NCBI GenBank assembly: GCA_964523975.1 | Contig: CAZGBM010000003.1 | Span: 1 to 56,339 of the forward strand | Length of the DNA: 56,339 nt | Origin: an uncultured bacterium | GTDB taxonomy: Bacteria > Hydrothermota > UBA3072 | Direction: 5' to 3' | In this document: piece after piece, positions 56,015 through 56,339 of the stretch | How positions within the stretch are numbered: position 1 is the first letter of the stretch | How the letters are laid out: each line of letters opens with the position of its first letter | Made by a program: the position numbers and the translations under genes | Notes under the pieces: generated by a model | Database searches by the model: none | What the model was told of the DNA's origin: nothing | Seen by the model: only the letters and a program-made list of their open reading frames with translations

Positions 56015-56339
56015 ATGGCAACCACGAGATTACGAAGATTACCAAAAGACTACCCCACGACACCAAAAATTAATATCACACAGAGGCACCCGATACGGTC
56101 ATTCTTTCCTACGGGGCAGGTCCAGTGGAATAGAAGTTGCTGCATGATGTACTACTATTCCACAGGGCAGGCAGAGAACACAGAGAAAAAAATATAGTGT
56201 TGCTTAAAACCCATCCCACAACACCAAATTAATCTCACAAAAAGCCACAGAGACACAAAGAAAAAACTTTTTTATTTTACCAATTAACTAATATAATAAT
56301 TAACCAATCAACTGATTAGAAGAATTCACGAATTCAAAT
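56015..56339. repeat. Cluster of degenerate repeat arms
   Basis: atggcaaccacgagattac (near-identical to the GxxExxY 5' end), cagggcaggcaga (also at 16868-16880), agccacagagacacaaag, 8-mer ccaattaa/ccaatcaa array. Confidence 0.6.

Noticed and set aside
55997-56197. 66-aa ORF as a real protein
   Set aside because: Built largely from repeat arms, with no recognisable domain
16688-56339. Short repeat arrays as a CRISPR array
   Set aside because: Units are 7-10 bp, degenerate and abutting, with no constant 25-40 bp repeat, no unique spacers and no cas genes

Overview
Bacterial chromosomal window of about 56 kb, AT-rich and gene-dense. Gene content suggests an anaerobic diderm, possibly FCB-group or candidate-phylum; this is inference and is not confirmed. 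Left to right it holds: (i) a TonB-dependent receptor, a ferredoxin and an acidic lipoprotein; (ii) a tightly packed + strand run accB-pilT-accC-mglA-like GTPase-DnaA/Hda-like ATPase-DUF4388/TPR-cheR-cheD-cheB-TPR-ExeA-like ATPase-cheW-MCP-cheW, with no cheA, cheY or mglB in the window; (iii) pgpA-cinA(C)-thpR-transporter-recA-recX-queG; (iv) a 23 kb surface-glycan locus with Wzm/Wzt, many glycosyltransferases, several methyltransferases and WbpB/D/E-like enzymes; (v) dinG-rluB-scpB-murJ, two tRNA-Pro genes, pcm, surE, a GT2 and an acyltransferase. The strongest non-gene signal is a family of inverted short-tandem-repeat arms (7-10 bp units). They bracket a GxxExxY gene inserted between wzm and wzt and a four-helix-bundle gene between tRNA-Pro and murJ. 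They also occur as empty, orphan and nested (A-B-C-C'-B'-A') copies. No rRNA, CRISPR array, transposase or integrase was seen.
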